A DNA stretch of 64,000 bases from Octopus vulgaris (taxonomy: Eukaryota): positions 146,258,001 through 146,322,000 of the forward strand of contig OX597815.1 of assembly GCA_951406725.2 (NCBI GenBank), read 5' to 3'. This document shows, one piece after another, positions 1 to 12,259 of the stretch (position 1 is the stretch's first letter; the number at the start of each line of letters is the position of its first letter). The translations under genes were made by a program, and so were the position numbers. A model generated the notes under the pieces. It ran no database searches and was not told where the DNA came from. It was given only the letters and a program-made list of their open reading frames with translations.

Positions 1-125
1 TAGGCCAATGCATTGGTGAAATATTACAGTAGTGAACTTTAAAAAAAATATTTTCTAATATTGAGTTATCTCCCATTATATCCAGAACAGGATTCCCACT
101 GGGTTTTACAATATTTTCCTTCTAG

Positions 126-179
126 CAAACCTCGGAATGAAATTCTAGTTGAACGAAAGAAAAAGACTATATGGACCAG
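126..179 (+). CDS. Candidate internal exon of unidentified host gene (KPRNEILVERKKKTIWT-R)
   Basis: ttttccttctag acceptor and CAG|gtaatc donor; open frame; phase-2 end is compatible with the next candidate exon. Confidence 0.4.
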
Positions 180-357
180 GTAATCATAGGAAACCAACTA
201 TTTTCAAAACAGAATGCACAATCCGATCCCTACCCACGACCCTAACAAAAAAACCCCCATAAAACAAACAAAGCGAGAGGCAAAAAACAAAAACAAAAAA
301 ACAAGAAAACAAATAAACATTTGAAATGTGCATATCTGAAAATAGAATGAGACGGCA

Positions 358-380
358 ATATATATATATATGTCTGTGTG

Positions 381-461
<81 letters not shown>

Positions 462-486
462 GTATATATATGTATATATATATATG

Positions 487-545
<59 letters not shown>

Positions 546-784
546 GTATATATATATATATGTATGTATAAATATATATACATGTATGTATATATATATA
601 TATATATGATTGATTGATTCCAGTTCCAGCCTATGAGCTGTGGCCATGCTGGGGCACCGCCATTTGGTGTTGCTACTTGGTTTCACTTCATGGGGGCTTT
701 CTAGCAACTGCTATTTGGTGCATGAGAGAGTTCGATGCAGCTGCCCTCATCTGCCCCTCCTGCCGTGAAGTTGGCATATATATG

Positions 785-817
<33 letters not shown>

Positions 818-818
818 G

Positions 819-902
<84 letters not shown>

Positions 903-908
903 TATATC
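358..908. repeat. Compound (TA)n/(TATG)n microsatellites, interrupted by a SINE tail fragment at about 612-665
   Basis: Direct inspection. Confidence 0.95.
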
Positions 909-1210
909 ACCGTGATCACCGTGACCGACCAGGCTATCAGATGTTGCTACACATCGCTGGACACAATGCGCTTAGCATTGTTTTAGCCTTCAAATGACGC
1001 CACCCCGCTGGCTAAGCGAGCAGGCCAACAGACGAAAGAGTGAGAGAAAGTTGTGCGAAAGAGTACAGCAGGGATCGCCACCACCACCTGCCGGAACCTC
1101 GTGGAGCTTTAGGTGTTTTCGCTCAATAAACACTCACAACGCCCGGTCAGGGAATGGAAACCGCGATCCTACGACCGCAAGTTCGCTGCCCTAACCACTG
1201 GGCCATTGCA
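908..1210 (-). mobile_element. tRNA-derived SINE (family A, Octopus OR-like)
   Basis: Minus-strand head GCAATGGCCCAGTGGTTAGGGCAGCG (A box) and GGTTTCCATTCCC (B-box-like); related copy at about 27240-27525. Confidence 0.8.
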
Positions 1211-1327
1211 CAAGAGGGGAAAAAAAATTTTTTTTTAAATTTTCTAATATTCTTCAGACATATTGACGCAAATATATATATTTTTTAACATTCAAGCCTT
1301 CTGTCGTTTTTTCACTCTACTATTTTC

Positions 1328-1364
<37 letters not shown>

Positions 1365-1491
1365 CAAGATTAATCAGCCGAAATTGCGAGGATGATCCGA
1401 TTCTTGACTGAAGATTAGAGGCTTCGAATGACCCGTCCGTTTTTTGTGTCGTCTCTTTGAGTGCTTTTCGTTCTTGTCCCATTTTGTAATG

Positions 1492-1492
<1 letters not shown>
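1365..1492. mobile_element. Short (TA)n-flanked interspersed element containing a GACTGAAGA motif
   Basis: Complex ~130-bp island between two pure (TA)n tracts. Confidence 0.45.
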
Positions 1493-1545
<53 letters not shown>

Positions 1546-1623
1546 CAAACACAAGAAAACACCAACAACTCCAGGATGTGTTACATGAAAAGTATTAGCA
1601 GACGCTGAGAGAAAGAAAGGTGG

Positions 1624-1657
1624 TTTTACGTTTCGAGCGAAGCTCTTTGTCAGATAC
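1624..1657 (-). ncRNA. Degenerate minimal type I hammerhead motif in a short (TA)n-adjacent element (about 1540-1720)
   Basis: Minus strand: CTGACAA-A-GAGC-TTC-GCTC-GAAA-CG-TA-AAA; G8 mutated to A. Confidence 0.6.
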
Positions 1658-1805
1658 AGGGGGCGGTGGAAAGTCCAAGAGAAAAAATACGCCAATGATC
1701 CACATGTGGTTACATTCATACGCACGGCCGCACACATACTAACCACACCCTTGGCTATCCCAACGCACCCGCACACACACCAACTCATCACACTCTCTCT
1801 TACGC

Positions 1806-1868
1806 ATAATATGCAGTTTAATGCTCAAAAATTCCAAGCCCTTCGCTACCAGCGTCCAAAACTGGAAA
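1806..1868 (+). mobile_element. Tiny CR1/L2-type LINE RT fragment
   Basis: Translates as NMQFNAQKFQALRY, resembling the W..N.M.FN..K motif downstream of the YADD region. Confidence 0.45.
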
Positions 1869-1889
1869 AGGGTGGCCAAACAATTTTAG

Positions 1890-1911
1890 GTGTAAAGAAA
1901 TCATTTATAAG
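1890..1911 (+). CDS. Candidate 22-nt micro-exon (R-CKEIIYK)
   Basis: ttttag|G...AAG|gtataa; bridges the phase-2 exon 126-179 to the phase-0 exon at 2037; pyrimidine tract is weak. Confidence 0.35.
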
Positions 1912-2036
1912 GTATAAATTATATTTATGGCGTGTTAACAGACCTTTATATGAAATCCTTTAAATGTTTTCTTACTTCTATAATACTTGTCATTCAATCC
2001 TCTTTGACATTCACTCGAAAATTGTCATTCTTTTAG

Positions 2037-2101
2037 GTACCACATCTGTTTCTGGAAAACTTTACACTCAATCAGATGTCTGAGGAGAAGATAGAATTGA
2101 G
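2037..2101 (+). CDS. Candidate exon (VPHLFLENFTLNQMSEEKIEL-R)
   Basis: tcattcttttag acceptor and AG|gtagag donor; open frame; phase-2 end matches the exon at 3090. Confidence 0.5.
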
Positions 2102-2451
2102 GTAGAGGTTTCTGTGAAGTACCTTGACCTTCAACTCCCTAAGATCTCAGATGAAAATCAAATATATAAGAACGGCCATTAGAAGCTGATGAAAATGTCG
2201 GTGCCTGAGCGTGGAACAACATTTGGGATGAAACACATAAATGAATGTGTGTGTGTGTGTAAGTATATATTTATATATCAATACAATGTATTTCTATCCA
2301 TCCATCCATCCATCCATCCATCCATCCATCCATCCATCCATCCATCCATCCATACATACATACATACATACATACATACGTACATATCTCACCATGATAG
2401 ATTGGTAGCCACTACACACATTTTTTTCTCTCTTGTTTTTTTTCTGTGTCC

Positions 2452-2487
2452 CTTTCTGTAGAAGAGCGTAGGCTCGAAACGTAAAAG
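2452..2487 (+). ncRNA. Degenerate minimal hammerhead motif in a short microsatellite-flanked element (about 2390-2580)
   Basis: CTTT-CTGTAGA-A-GAGC-GTAG-GCTC-GAAA-CG-TA-AAAG; stem I CTTT/AAAG and stem II GAGC/GCTC; A6 deviates. Confidence 0.55.
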
Positions 2488-2579
2488 ACTTTTCCAATTC
2501 CTGAGCGTTATACTAATACATCTGTTTGTTTTGTACGCCACCTGTCTTCGTCTTTTTTTTTTTTTTCGTGAACTCTCCC

Positions 2580-2613
<34 letters not shown>

Positions 2614-2623
2614 AATGTATGTA

Positions 2624-2679
<56 letters not shown>

Positions 2680-2682
<3 letters not shown>

Positions 2683-2842
2683 CGCGGGTGTGGTTGTTAG
2701 GTTAGTAGCATGCCTAGAAACCACATAGTTCTAGGTTCAATCCCACTGCGTGAAATCTTCGGGTAGTGTCTTTTGCTATAGTCTCTAGCTGACCAAACCG
2801 TTGTGAGTAGAACTGGTAGACAGAAACTGAAAGAACCCCGTC

Positions 2843-2845
<3 letters not shown>
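2680..2845 (+). mobile_element. 5' part of tRNA-derived SINE (family B)
   Basis: Homologous to the head of the full copy at 24672; GGTTCAATCCC B box. Confidence 0.85.
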
Positions 2846-2922
<77 letters not shown>

Positions 2923-3089
2923 TTGTGTGTGCGCGTGTGTGTATGCGTGTGTGTGTATATATACTTATATATATATATCGATGTTTCAATGTTTTAATGT
3001 TTCGTTCCAAATATGATTTCAATTGTGCATAGAGTTTGTGTGCGATGAATTATTTTAACTTCTGTAGTTTCACATTGTTTATTTGACAG

Positions 3090-3150
3090 GTCTCAGTGGT
3101 ATAAATTGAGAGGTCGATGGCTTGTGAGAGGTTCTCACTTAGAAACAATG
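3090..3150 (+). CDS. Candidate exon (R-SQWYKLRGRWLVRGSHLETM)
   Basis: ttgtttatttgacag acceptor and ATG|gtaaca donor; open, non-repetitive frame, phase-consistent with the upstream exon. Confidence 0.5.
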
Positions 3151-3904
3151 GTAACATTTTAATTTCTACTTAACATAAAGCGTTTCAGATTTATAGAAAG
3201 AAAGGAAATCAGTGGAACATTGTAAAAGTTCCCGCTTTTCTTTAAGAAGAAATAACTACAATAAACAATTTGACAGTGTGATTATGGTCACTTCAAATAA
3301 ATTGCGAAATATCATTAAATATACTTTATAAAACATCAATGGGGAAGAATCGATTGTTTAAAGCAACGAGGTTACATCTTAGATATAAAAGTGGTTGGAA
3401 AATAAAACCTATTAAAATCTACTTTTGGTTTTGTTATTTAATGTGATAAAGATATTATCGGTTTCTGTAGACTAGGCACAAAGGCCCTATGCTTTGAATC
3501 TGCTATTGTAAACTCTCATGCCATTTCCACGCATAATTCAAAATGACGTCAAACGAGTAATTCAATGATCGAGTAGTTTCGTCTTAACGGGATTTTATCT
3601 CTTGTTCAGCGGTACTTTACGACCAGAACAAATGATGTTACGTACAAAAGAAACAAAGAAATGTAAATAAGCTATAACAGTGTTTATACTCTCTTGAAAT
3701 GAATTACACATGGCGTATGCTTTGTATACTTACCAAACTAATTTGTAACGAATTACAACTTTAATCTTCAATACTGATCGAATGGACGAAGGAAGGGAAT
3801 TTACAAAAGGAAAATACCATCTCACCCATAATGTTTGTACGCTAACGTTCATCTTTACGGACATAACAACCAACTCTCACCGTTTAAAATAATGAATGAT
3901 ATAA

Positions 3905-4242
3905 AAAAAAAATAATGAAATTATAGTATACTGTGCTCAGGTGCACCACAACTTGTCAAAAGTGCGTATAAAGAATATGCAGTAATGTACAAATGTCTAG
4001 AAGGTGAAGTGTATGAGTGAGATACATGCTTGCGTGTGTATGGAGGGGAGAAAATCAGGTGTAGTGTTGGCGAATCTCAGGAAGCATGGAAGTTTTGAAG
4101 GATGCAGTGTATCGACAACTAACAACTGATGCCGGCAGTTTTTTTCATACTTCAGCAACTGTTAGCGTGAAAAAATGTCTCCGAAAGTCATAAGAGCTGG
4201 GCTGTTTTCTGACTTTGTAAACATGTCCACGAGTGTTAGACA
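3905..4242 (-). mobile_element. 3' end of CR1/L2-clade LINE (ORF2 C-terminus plus 3' UTR)
   Basis: Minus translation SNTRGHVYKVRKQ...FRRHFFTLTVAEV*KKLPASVVSC...SFK, a typical CR1 ORF2 terminus. Confidence 0.8.
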
Positions 4243-4684
4243 GCAATGAAGATTTTATTTAAAAGGATGCTGTCGGTCACGGCTTAAATGCATTTCAGAC
4301 TAACTCAGACTAAAGAATATCCATGTAAATATTACAACGACGTGGTATATTACGTACGGCAGATAAAACAGGTCTCAGCCATATGAGTGTGTGTGTGTGT
4401 TTATTTTTTAATTTGCACATTGAACTCAACTTAGATGTATCGTCCTGAGAAATCATCTCACATAGACTTTGAGTGCAAAAAAAGCAGATTATATCGACAG
4501 TTAGAATATTGTCAGTGTCAGCGGATGGCAAAATTGTATCACGTGATTGCAGCGTAATTTGCACAGAACCAGCAACAGGCAACCGCTGAATGCCAGATAG
4601 AAAATCGGTCGAATCTATATAGTTCAATACTGATTAAACAGTGAGAAATGTCGAAATATTTTGGCTAGCTGAATATGAAATAGA

Positions 4685-4900
4685 TATTCGTAACGCGGAG
4701 TAGGCGAATCAGGGACAACTGAAGAAGGGGAATATTCCTTGTGTTGTATGTCTTGTACTCTGTTTTTCCGTTGTTTGAAAAAAAGTTCGTTTCCATGTTT
4801 TTGTCTTTACGTTTTCGTTTCGCTTTGTGTTCAACGTTTTTGATATCCTGTACCCATATATGCATGTATATATACATATAGATGTAGGTATGTACATATA
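4685..4900 (+). mobile_element. Microsatellite-tailed interspersed repeat, homologous to about 47705-47940
   Basis: Shared GGAGTAG...ACTGAAGAAGGGGAAT.TTCCTTG...CCTGTACCCATATATGCATGTA. Confidence 0.7.
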
Positions 4901-4937
4901 TGTATGTATATATGCATATATTTATATATTATTTGTA

Positions 4938-4971
<34 letters not shown>

Positions 4972-4974
<3 letters not shown>

Positions 4975-6240
4975 CGTTGGCAACTAAGTTCCCGGCGTTT
5001 TTTTTTTAATTTTTGAATTTATTACGTTTTTAAACTTTTGCCTCTATTTTTTTCGATAATTCTATTTTTGAGTCATTTTGGATTCTATTTTTTTTTTCTA
5101 GTTAATTTTGGTTTATTTTCAGATCATAAAAATGGAACGTCAAGTTAAGAAAAACGAGCAATTTCGACACCTCCGTCTTTTTGCTTTTAATCAAGGTTCT
5201 GAGGCCGTAAAAGCTGCTCGCTACATTTGTGCTGTGATTGGTTAGGGTGCCATAGCTGAAAGAGCCGCTCGTGATTGATATGTCAAGCTCGAAAATGGAA
5301 ATTTTGACCTCAAAGACGCACCTCGTTCTGGCCGACGAGATTAGTTCGATGAAGAGCGGTTAAACCAAATTTTGCACAAAAATTCTCGTTAAACGACAAG
5401 GGAACTGGCAGAGCAAAGGGAGTAATCCCACACTGCTATAGAAAAGCATCTTCACTCGATGGAAAATGTTCAGAAGTATGGAGTATCGGTTCCACATGCT
5501 TTAAGTGACAACAACAAAAATCAACGAGCGACAATCTCCGCTGGTTTGCTTGCTCGTCACCACTCAACTCGTGGACACAAGCAACGATTTCGTTACCGAA
5601 TCGTTACTGGCGACGAAAAATGGTGCCTGTACATCAATATGAAGCAGCGTAAGGAATGGCTTAGCCACGGTAAACAAGCTATACCGCGCGTGAAACAAGA
5701 TATTCATTCGCGTAAAACGATGTTGTGCGTATGGTGGAACGTGGAAGGGATTATCCATTACGAAATGCTTGAAACGATCAACGCGGAACTCTATGTCCAA
5801 TAGATGGAACGACTCAACACGGCTATTCAAAAGAAAAGACCTAATCAGCAGCATGGATTTCTGCTGCACGACAACGCCCGCCATCATATCGCCAATATGA
5901 CCAAGGAAGCCGTTCAAACGCATAGCTGGGAAGTGCTGCCACACGCGCCGTACTCGCCTAACTTGGCACCAACGGATTACCACCTGTTTCAATCTCTTTC
6001 AAATGCTATGCGCGGAGTTTCGTTCAATACTGAAGCAGAATTGAGAGCTTGGTTGGATCAATTTTTTGAGTTGAAATCTGGTGATTTCTAACAAAGAGGT
6101 ATCGAAAACCTTGTTGAACGATGAGAAGAAATTGTAAACAACAAGGGTGAATACATTATTGATTAATTAGTTGTCATTTTCTATTAAGCCTTTAAAAAAA
6201 TCTAAATTGAAAAACGGCCGTAACTTAGTTGCCAACGGGG
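4972..6240 (+). mobile_element. Full-length, inactivated mariner (DD34D) transposon
   Basis: Inverted termini CGTTGGCAACTAAGTT.C.G.CGTTTT / AAAACGGCCGTAACTTAGTTGCCAACG; left end abuts (TA)n. Confidence 0.95.
5132..6166 (+). pseudogene. Mariner transposase pseudogene (344 codons in one frame, several in-frame stops)
   Basis: Motifs PRSGR, VPHAL, IVTGDEKW, HDNARHH, YSPNLAPTDYHLF, C-terminal GEYIID*. Confidence 0.95.
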
Positions 6241-6339
6241 ACACGGCATCATCAAAATGCTGAAACAATACGAAGCGTAACATGATCAGCGTTGTCGAAC
6301 AACATCTGATAGTCTGATGTATATGTGTTTGTCTGTGTT

Positions 6340-6422
6340 CACATTCATGCACACTCACACACACACACACATGGACACACCTATATGCACACACACTTAT
6401 ATATATACATATATATTCATAC

Positions 6423-6493
<71 letters not shown>

Positions 6494-6564
6494 GCATATA
6501 TGTATACATATATATATACATACATGCATATATATATATATATATACATATATATACATACATA

Positions 6565-6604
<40 letters not shown>

Positions 6605-6640
6605 CATACATATATATATATATACATACATATATATACA

Positions 6641-6692
<52 letters not shown>

Positions 6693-6727
6693 CATACAGA
6701 TATATACATACAGATGTATACATACAG

Positions 6728-6762
<35 letters not shown>

Positions 6763-7015
6763 CATACATTTATATACATACATATACATACATATATATA
6801 TACACATATATATATATATACACACATATATATACACATATATATACACATATATACACATATATACACATATATATACACATATATACACATATATACA
6901 TATATATATTCACATATATACATATATATACACACATATATACATATATATATATATACACATATATACATATATATATACACATATATACATATATATA
7001 TATACACATATATAC

Positions 7016-7068
<53 letters not shown>

Positions 7069-7350
7069 TACATATACATATATATATATACATATATATA
7101 TGCATATATATACACATATATACACATATATATATATGTATATATATACATATATATATGCTTATATGTACATATATATATGCATATATATACATATATA
7201 TATGCAGACACATATATATATATATATATATATACACATACACATTCACATATATATACACATTCACATACATATATACACACACATATGTATATATACA
7301 CACACACATAAATATATATACACACATATGTACACACGCACATATATAGA
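6340..7350. repeat. About 1-kb compound (TA)/(CA)/(TACA) microsatellite array
   Basis: Direct inspection. Confidence 0.95.
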
Positions 7351-8242
7351 GAGAAAGAAAGAAAAAAGAGGATGTATATCCCTTAACTTAGCAAATCGCA
7401 CTATTTTAATTTTGTCCCTCTGGATTTTTGAGCTAAAATATAACCAGGGTCAAATTTGCCTTTCAGTAACAGAGAGAGATCAATACAATTGGCTTTTTTT
7501 TTTACCGTTTCTCCTTTAACATTTATCGAGTTTTCAATGTCAGAAATCAATATATCCAACTGACACCAGTAGGATTCATATGTGATTAAGTGTAAACTAG
7601 ATATATTTAACTGACAACGGATATCTTTAGAAGTCCTTTGAGGTAGATGATACGATGAAAATAAGTATATTTAGCTATCTGATGCTAGAGATAATTAGAT
7701 GTTAACATATGTATTTAGAAGTCAACTAAAGTAAACCACCGAATAACGATAGATAGTAGTGAATTTATAGAAGGAGAAGATCGCTGGGTTGAATATCATG
7801 GACGTATGGAGATAAAACTTGATTTGTCTTTATTTTTATTGTAATTTTTTCACACAAATATGTCGATAAGACTAAGGCCACCCGGATATTAATTAGCCTT
7901 CTATCTACTCAAAATGTATTTCGTTTCATGAAAGGTCCAATCTAAATCTCTTCTATCTTCATGTCATGCGTAAGAGAGATGTTAGTCATCACTGAATTAC
8001 AGGAAATCAACCGTAAATTATTAAATTATATACGAAGAAATACACTTTCCCTCTTTTAGCAACTGGTGTTGAGTGAAATGTCTAGAATTAAATAACTTCA
8101 CTCAAACCACATATCACTGCCTGTTGCAAGTTTTCACACTTCTTCAGGTTCCTATGAATACGATAGCATTTCTACTACACAGCGAAACACATATCCTGTT
8201 TATCCTCTCTCCCTCCTTCCCTCTCATTTCTCTCTGCCTGCC

Positions 8243-8335
<93 letters not shown>

Positions 8336-9085
8336 CTCTTCTGTTGCCATCTCTATCATTGTCGGCGATCATGGATGAACCTTTATTCTAAAACCTGAAG
8401 TTCAGTGTGTTATAAAAGGGATAAAATTAGCCTGTTTAGCCCATGGTCATATAAGGCTGTTTGACTAAATGTGACAACACAGCTGTTTTGTGTTATTTTC
8501 AGTTTTTTTCCTGGGGAAGATACAACACTAATTCCATTTGCCTTCTTCCGATTTATCTACAGTTCACTCTACAGTTTACTCTCCAGCTCTCCCGACCATA
8601 AGTTTGAGGCTCAGGACCTATTTAACCCATGTTTAAGCATACTTGTTTACGTGACATCAGAGAATATCCCCGCACCAGCAGGGTTGTGTAGTAGATACCT
8701 AGGAGTCAGTCCAACTCCGAGACGTCCCTGTCTTAGAATCTCCTATCTGACGCACAACTGGGGTAATTCCCAGATACTTCCACACTTGGGTAGTGGAGAC
8801 TAAGGGGTAATTTCATACTTATCAAAACCTCTGATCTCCCGAACTGGGGCCTCACCACCTGAAGCACTTTAATGCCTTTCCTAACAGATAGTAATATGTG
8901 GTTTAAATGAAGTCATTTAATTCTAGACATGTCATTCAACACCAATTGCTAAAATAGGGTAAGTGTATTTCTTCGTATATAATTTAATAATTCACGGTTG
9001 TGTTACTGTAAGTCAGTGAGAAATGGCAAACATTAGTCTATACGTCTATCTCCAAAACACAGAGCGCTGCGACAAAAAAAATAAA

Positions 9086-9213
9086 TACAAAAGCACTCGG
9101 TGAGCGCAGACCTCTGCCAAGCAGCTCCTTTCCACCCATGTACACGCATGCTGAAAATCGCCCAATTCCCCAAAACAGCGCCGGCAAAAACATAACTTCC
9201 TTGGCGGGGTTAA
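9086..9213. mobile_element. Short Helentron-associated (HINE/DINE-like) element
   Basis: Subterminal inverted repeat ACCTCTGCCAAG / CTTGGCGGGGT and terminal AAAACATAACTTCCTTGGCGG. Confidence 0.55.
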
Positions 9214-9384
9214 AAAACATAACACTGCTATATAATTTTAAAGACTCTTTAAAAACAGGAATCGTCTGAAGCAGTTATAATACATCAATGACAACAGTAA
9301 GCTAGTTTCACAGCGGCAGTGGAGGGAGCAAAGCCTGGGATATTTGAGTCGATCCCATTAATCAAGGCTTCACATGTCATCCTC

Positions 9385-9728
9385 CGCAGACCTCTACCAA
9401 GCAGCTCATTTTAAGATAGATACGTAAGTAAAGTTACTAATAGAGAAACGAAAAAATACTTTGGAAACAGCAGCGCCACCATAAGTTAAGTGGAAACGAT
9501 GAATGTGTTTTCAAGGGAAGTAAATATAACAAATGAAAAATCCTTCAAGAATGCATAAAAATTCATGGATCACTACCAAAATTTCCTCATCTGTTTTTTG
9601 TGTTATTACCAACCTTTCCTGCAAGTTTCATGAAATACCTTTCAAAACGTTTTGAGTTATTTCACAGACGGACAGACGGACAAACCAACGCCAATGAAAA
9701 CATAACCTCCTCCCTTGGCGGAGCTAAA
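9385..9728. mobile_element. Second HINE/DINE-like element of the same family
   Basis: GCAGACCTCTACCAAGCAGCTC start, internal (ACAGACGG)n, end AAAACATAACCTCC..CTTGGCGGAG. Confidence 0.6.
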
Positions 9729-10375
9729 ATAAACACGCGAAAAGCAATGACACACGTTAAACGATGGGTTTGTGATTTGTAAGAAGTTTTGAAAATACAG
9801 CTGTATATAGTACTGGATGGAAACGATTTTCAGGTTGTTGTAATTTTGTCTTTCATACAACATCTAAGAAAGTATATTTCCTGTTTCTCATTACGTATAT
9901 TTACCTGTAGTTAAGGTTTGTCTAAAATAACCAGTGTAGTCAAGCGAAAACAATAGACCCAGTTGAAATCATACTTGTAGCAAGAGAATTATCAGCGTTA
10001 ATAAAAACTGTTATAAAAATGGCAAGTAAAAGCAGTCAGTTATTTCAATTGGCCAAAACATGAATGAAGATATGTAAGCAGTGAGTTTGGTCTTTGTTCC
10101 CTGTGACGACAATTTCAGATCTGATTCAATTTTATTTGACGCTCTCAAAGGAGTGAATCATAACGTAACAAGTAACCACCAGGCAACAGAAAGACTTGAG
10201 TGTAGTTTGTTAATTGATTAAGTAGTTTTTGGATGATAATGGAAAAATCTGAAGTATGGCTTCAACATGACAAACACATAGTTACGTAACTTTAGACGAA
10301 AATGATATATGGTTAACCGAAATATATCCAATCACTAGAATGTATATCTGTAATGAGATGAAAATAAATTAGTAC

Positions 10376-11558
10376 TTATATATATGCTAAAGGTTTTATG
10401 GACATATGTGTTTAAAAGGAAAGCATTTTTTGTTGTGACGGCAAGTCATTGGTCTCACAACTACGTGGTATCGTGTTCCGTTTGAAGGATTTGACTATTG
10501 CACAAATATCTTCCACCTATGGAGGTGAAATTTGGAAGAAAATTGTTATGTGGAAGAACGTCCCTTGAACTAGGGAAAATTGCTCTCGAATAGGGGAAGA
10601 AATAAATTCTGAATTTTCTGTTGACCTATATTTAAGTACAAGTAAAGGTGGCGAACTGGCAGAATCGTTAGCACGCTGGACGAAATGTTTAGTGGTATTT
10701 CGCCCATCGCTACGTTCTGAGTTCACATTCCACCGAGGTCGACTTTACCTTTCATCCTTTCGGGGTAATCTTCTTAATCCCTTTGTCCGTCCTTGTTTGT
10801 CTCCTCTATGTTTAGCCCCTTGTGTGCAATAAAGAAATAAGAATCGTTAGCACGCTGGACGAAATGTGTGTTGGTATTTCGCCCGACGCTACGATCTGAG
10901 TTCAAATTCCACAATGGTCGAGTTTTCCTTTCATTCTTTCGGGGTCGATAGATTACGTACCTGTGAAACCCTAAGGTAAATGTTATCGACTAGTCCCCTT
11001 CCTACAAATCTGAGGCCTTCTGCCTCCAGTAGAAAAGATATTTAAGTTTAGGTACACTGTAGCGGTTTGAACTGGCAATTTTAATGTTATGAATGATTAA
11101 AATGCTTTCAATTCCGAAGGGAAAGATGGACGAAACGATGCTAAGCATTTTACCTGCTATGCTAATGATTTTGTCAGCTCGCCGCCTTAAAACTGTTAAT
11201 AGTAATAATGGCATCAGTTATGAAGAAAAACCGTTTGTTGATAACATGTAGATTAGCATTGTTGATAACCAGAACTTGACTGGTACCTACTTTGTACCTA
11301 CTTTGTCGACCTAGGAAGGTTAAAATCAAAGCTGGCTTCAGCAGGATTTCACCTTATATATAGGCTAAAGGATTTATGGACATATGTGTTTAAAAGGAAA
11401 GCATTTTTAGTTGTGAGGGCAAGACATTGGTTTCACAACTACGTGGTATCGTGTTCCATTTGAAGGATTTGACTATTGCGCAAATATCTTCCACTTATGG
11501 GGGTGAAATTTGGAAGAGAATTGTTATGTGGAAGAACGTCCATTGAACTAGGGAAAAT
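10376..11558 (+). repeat. Local direct duplication: 10376-10580 matches 11353-11558 (~205 bp); 11192-11351 also resembles 13835-13967
   Basis: Visual alignment with scattered substitutions. Confidence 0.85.
10645..11040 (+). mobile_element. Nested pair of family C tRNA-derived SINEs (a tail-type-2 copy inside a tail-type-1 copy)
   Basis: Head AAGGTGGCGAACTGGCAGAATCGTTAGCACG; tail ...GCAATAAAGAAATAA is followed at 10841 by resumed GAATCGTTAGCACG. Confidence 0.85.
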
Positions 11559-12227
11559 CTATCTCCTCCTTTAACACCACCACTTCACCATTAATTGTCT
11601 TATGTTTCATAGCATTTTGGCAGTTCTCCAATCTGAAGGTAACTTCTTTTCTTCTGATCAAGCTCACTAGGCCCGAAAGGGGGCATAGACCTTGCGTTTG
11701 TCATGTGATTAAGCCATGACAAAACAAATGAGAAAATACCTAAAACAACAAAAGAATTGTTAGGTTTAGAATATTTTTCATTTATAAATGTATTCACCTT
11801 ATGAAACAGTGAGATTTTCTAAAAGAACTATGAAATACTTAAACAAAGAGAGACAATAAAAGAAATAATTAAATTTCACGCATTACATAAAACATATTTT
11901 GAATAACAGACTCTCCAGCCGGATCTTTCTAACGTCTATAAAATGCCATTTCTTTAAAATATCTGGGACCGTCTCTCTGTTTCGGTTACGTACAACAGAA
12001 CGCATCTGAGAACTGACTTCAGTAACTATAGTGAGCGACTTCTAGAAACATTTATTGATAACATACTTTATCAGTAAATTTTTATTAAATTAATTAAAGA
12101 ATCACCCTTCAGATAATTTGCCTGTTTGCTTCATTCACGAATTGAGTAGAATAAAGATAAAAATAAAAAGCTACCACCAAACACGTGTTAAAATCTACCG
12201 ATTTATGTCTGTCTGTTTGTCTCTCAC

Positions 12228-12259
<32 letters not shown>

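Noticed and set aside
1395-1440. SECIS-like ATGA...AAG...TGAC
   Set aside because: ATGA-to-AA spacing (~15 nt) is too long, the helix pairs poorly, and there is no linked UGA-containing ORF
6317-7519. 400-aa ORF and the many other YI/HT/CV-repeat ORFs
   Set aside because: Translations of (TA)/(CA)/(TG) microsatellites, which lack stop codons in several frames
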